NCBI GenBank assembly: GCA_965637545.1
Contig: OZ281500.1
Location: forward strand, 3,720,001 to 3,784,000
DNA length: 64,000 nucleotides
Reading direction: 5' to 3'
Origin: Phallusia mammillata
Lineage: Eukaryota
Shown here: one piece after another, positions 61,067 through 64,000 of the stretch
Layout of the letters: each line of letters starts with the position of its first letter
Numbering within the stretch: the stretch's first letter is position 1
Translations under genes and position numbers: made by a program
The notes under the pieces: generated by a model
Database searches by the model: none
Told to the model about the DNA's origin: nothing
What the model saw: only the letters and a program-made list of their open reading frames with translations

Positions 61067-64000
61067 TTATTTGTTTTCACACAATTGTGCTACCTGAACA
61101 AAAGCCATGCATAAAAACTTAACTAAACCAACCATTAACTAATAGCAAATGTTACCTGTTTCAAACAAAGCTTAGTTCCTAATGTCCCTGTCATATATGT
61201 TTTATTTTATCTGTAATTTTTTATAGTGTTTTGTCATGCACCAGTATTATTATTTTTCACTGTGTTATATCAGTGCTACTTGAATGTTAGTGCTTTTATT
61301 ATGGAACAGTTGTTTACACTGCTGCAACAAATACAAAAAATGTGCATGGAACTTTAGATTTCTTACCTTTTGTGTATGTGCGTTGACACAATGTTTGCAA
61401 CTGATTCAATACAACTGCAAAATAGCCAATTCAAATTTTGTGTTATTTTAAAAACAGCCACACCTTTGTAAGTCATATTTACCAAGTCAGGTTTGAAGAA
61501 CATTAATAATTTGCTCATTTGCTAGTAATTGATTTTGAACTGCTTTTAAAGCTGTATCCTTTGGTAGAAAATTACTGCTCTCATTTAAAAAGCTTCTTGG
61601 ACGCTTGCTGGGTAAAGAAGGCTCATCTGCAAGGTTTAATGAAGCAACTGGCAGCAAATCCGTACTGTGTTTTTGTTGTGAATCTTTGTATACTTGAGTA
61701 ACACTAAAATCATGAGGTACTTGTTCTTTGAAAAAGCCCAGGAGAAGATTGCACTCCAACTCAGATCTATAAAACGGAAATGTAAAAGTTTTTACAATAT
61801 AAGAGTCGACTTATGGCATCCACAACATAGAAGCTAACTTTGGAAGAGACAGGGATTTGTACGAATTTAATTAATTGAGCCAACAGCTCCAACTATTGTT
61901 TCGTGACAATTGACATACATGATTCTTACAAAGATTAAAAAGTTCAAAAAACATGGTACTGAAAATCAAGTTCACTGTAATTGCAAAGTATGCTAGCATG
62001 TGGGTTACAGGATTTTCTGTTAATTTTGGGAAATTGTTGTGATGGTGTGTATTATGTAAAAACCCATTATTGTTGGAACTTAGCTAAGTTGGTTTAATGC
62101 CAAAATGTCTGGCAATACCGTATTTTACGGACCATAAGGCGCAATTTAAATCCTTTTTTTCCTCATAAATTGATCATGCGCCTTATAAGCCGGTGCGCCT
62201 AATGTATGGATCAAGTAGTGCTTTATTGCCTACACTCAAAACCAGTACCAATACTATTATTATATAAATAAACCATCGTCGTACACAATAAACTACGGTA
62301 AAAGCAACTAGGAACTGCGATATTCATTTTTTCTTTTGCTCATTGTACTATTGTGACTTGCTTAAATTTATTACGTAACAAGTAAACTTTTATAACCCAT
62401 ACTCCTTAAAATACGTTGCGTTCTATAGCCCGGTGCGCCTTATGTATGAACAAAAAACTAATCAAAGCAATTTAATGACAGTGCGCCTTATAATCGGGTG
62501 CGCTTTATGGTCCGTAAAATACGGTAATTTGTTTCCAAATTTTGGCATAAAAATTGGTAAACTAATGTGCTAATATGGCCAACACTGTTCTTTTTGTATG
62601 TGAATGATAAATTTCTGCCTATGTACTAGGTCACAAATGATGGTGGGATACATCTAGAGTAAAATAACATACCAAACGTTGTTAAACCGAAGGACAATAA
62701 GGTAAAGCGGGTTAAAACTGAGAACATCCATTGTTTACCTTGAATGGACTGTAAGTTTTACATTCCTTCTGGTAATTGCCTGCAACTTTACAATTACATA
62801 TTGTAGTGATCCCATTTCCATACACACATAAGCCCCAAGCTCAGCAATGAGTTTAAAACCTAGTTGTTGCAACAGTATCTGTGAATACAAATAAATTGTA
62901 CACTTGTACCTAGTAAATGGTGAAAAATATGTCAAACTGACCTCAATAATAGACAAAACATCATTTGCGTCAGACATTGCAACTAAGTTGGATTTTGTGC
63001 TTGAATATGAATTCAATGTTGCAACAGATTCAGTAAACTTTTCTGAAAAAAAAAATATATACAGTTAAAAGTGCGTGAATTTAATTACAAATTTTACTTT
63101 ATTTCATACTGAATCCCAACCTTTAAATGCCAATAGCTAAAATATATTACAAAAACTAGAAAAGTGGCTTTCTGATATACTTCCATTGTATATATTTTAT
63201 ACGATATTTACCAATTTACTATACTATACACATAATTTGATCTACATATATGATTGTTTTTGCAAGCAAAAACGAATGGGTCCCCACACAGGTGTTTATG
63301 CGGATTTACGGTAAACCTATGTTGCGGTTATTTTTAGATTCTTAAGGACAAATTTTAACTTTAAGCATTAACTTAACTTTAAAACTTTTTGTCCATATTC
63401 TTTTTGCATCATTATTGTCATATAATTACAAAAAATCTTCACTTCAGTACTTAAATTAGGCTGAACGGTTTTTCACTTAACTTTGTTTCGCAAAAACGAC
63501 CGTTTAATGATCTTTTGACACTGTTTTTAACAGCATGCAGTCCTTAGTGTTCAACAATACAGTTCAATAATTTTAAACCACTTTGCCCGTATTCTTTTTA
63601 TATCATTGTAGTCATATATTTACAAAAGCAGTAAAAAAGAACAGGGAAAAATAATCCCATATTTCTGGATATACAATATCCAGCTTTAACTTTGCAGTCA
63701 TTTGTGTTCACCATTAAGGTTTTGCCTAGTTTACAAATAACGCAAGAATTGTTTCTCTCGTTTATTTGTCAAAAATAAAAAAGCAATTCTTCTGCTAAAT
63801 ACAAAAAAAGGTTGACAAACAGTGTCAACAACCAGAATTGTTTGTTTTCAAAAAGGTGATTGTGACAAAATAAAACAAAGATTGGTGGCACACATAAAAC
63901 AAATAATAAAGTTGAAACAAAACTTACCACTTGTAGAAGATGACAATAAATCTTCATGTCTTAAAAGTAACAAGCCTCTTGCAACTTCACTGGCCGATAT
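61067..64000 (-). CDS. 3' part of an unidentified protein-coding gene entering from the right edge
   Basis: Phase-consistent exons 64000-63928 (ISASEVARGLLLLRHEDLLSSSTS), 63042-62942, 62878-62739, 61766-61576, 61414-61367, 61187-61156, 61093-61067(stop). No recognisable domain; the last three exons are less certain. Confidence 0.6.
62118..62524. mobile_element. pogo/Tigger (Tc1-mariner superfamily) MITE (407 bp)
   Basis: 25-bp TIRs CCGTATTTTACGGACCATAAGGCGC (24/25), TA TSD on both sides, internal GCGCCTTAT repeats. Confidence 0.92.
63378..63630. repeat. Degenerate intronic duplication (two copies of about 55 bp, about 190 bp apart)
   Basis: tttaaaactttttgtccatattctttttgcatcattattgtcatataattacaaaa versus ttttaaaccactttgcccgtattctttttatatcattgtagtcatatatttacaaaa. 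Confidence 0.5.

Noticed and set aside
61487-61489. In-frame TGA two codons before a phase-compatible donor (selenocysteine or readthrough idea)
   Set aside because: An upstream donor at 61575 gives the same phase without a stop, and no SECIS evidence was seen.

Overview
AT-rich, intron-rich animal genomic DNA. Short introns (about 52-63 nt at the low end) and the gene content suggest a compact invertebrate chordate genome, possibly an ascidian; this is inference only. Left to right: (1) the 3' part of INCENP (+, 18 exons, ending in the IN-box); (2) a single-TM 85-aa microprotein ORF (-); (3) an unexplained GC-rich island; (4) a head-to-head pair of intronless genes encoding a DUF294/GlnD-type Pol-beta nucleotidyltransferase + helical bundle + TPR protein, one intact (874 aa, +) and one disabled by three lesions (-); (5) two tandem GT31 (B3GALT/B3GNT-like) glycosyltransferase genes, the second lacking the catalytic acidic motifs, separated by a 65-bp repeat array that looks like repeated 13-nt micro-exons; (6) a complete 26-exon WDR17 gene (+, about 1266 aa) whose 13.9-kb intron 10 hosts an antisense 12-exon gene for a CUB-MAM-LDLa-LDLa-mucin cell-surface protein; (7) the 3' end of an unidentified gene (-). 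Many hAT- and pogo-type MITEs with TSDs, a tRNA-derived SINE family and hammerhead-like relics are also present. The best candidate for an undescribed system is the NTase-TPR pair: intact catalytic motif, no coding introns, near-identical patches over the N-terminal helices and catalytic core but divergent TPR halves. All exon calls come from manual GT-AG and phase checking; no database searches were run.
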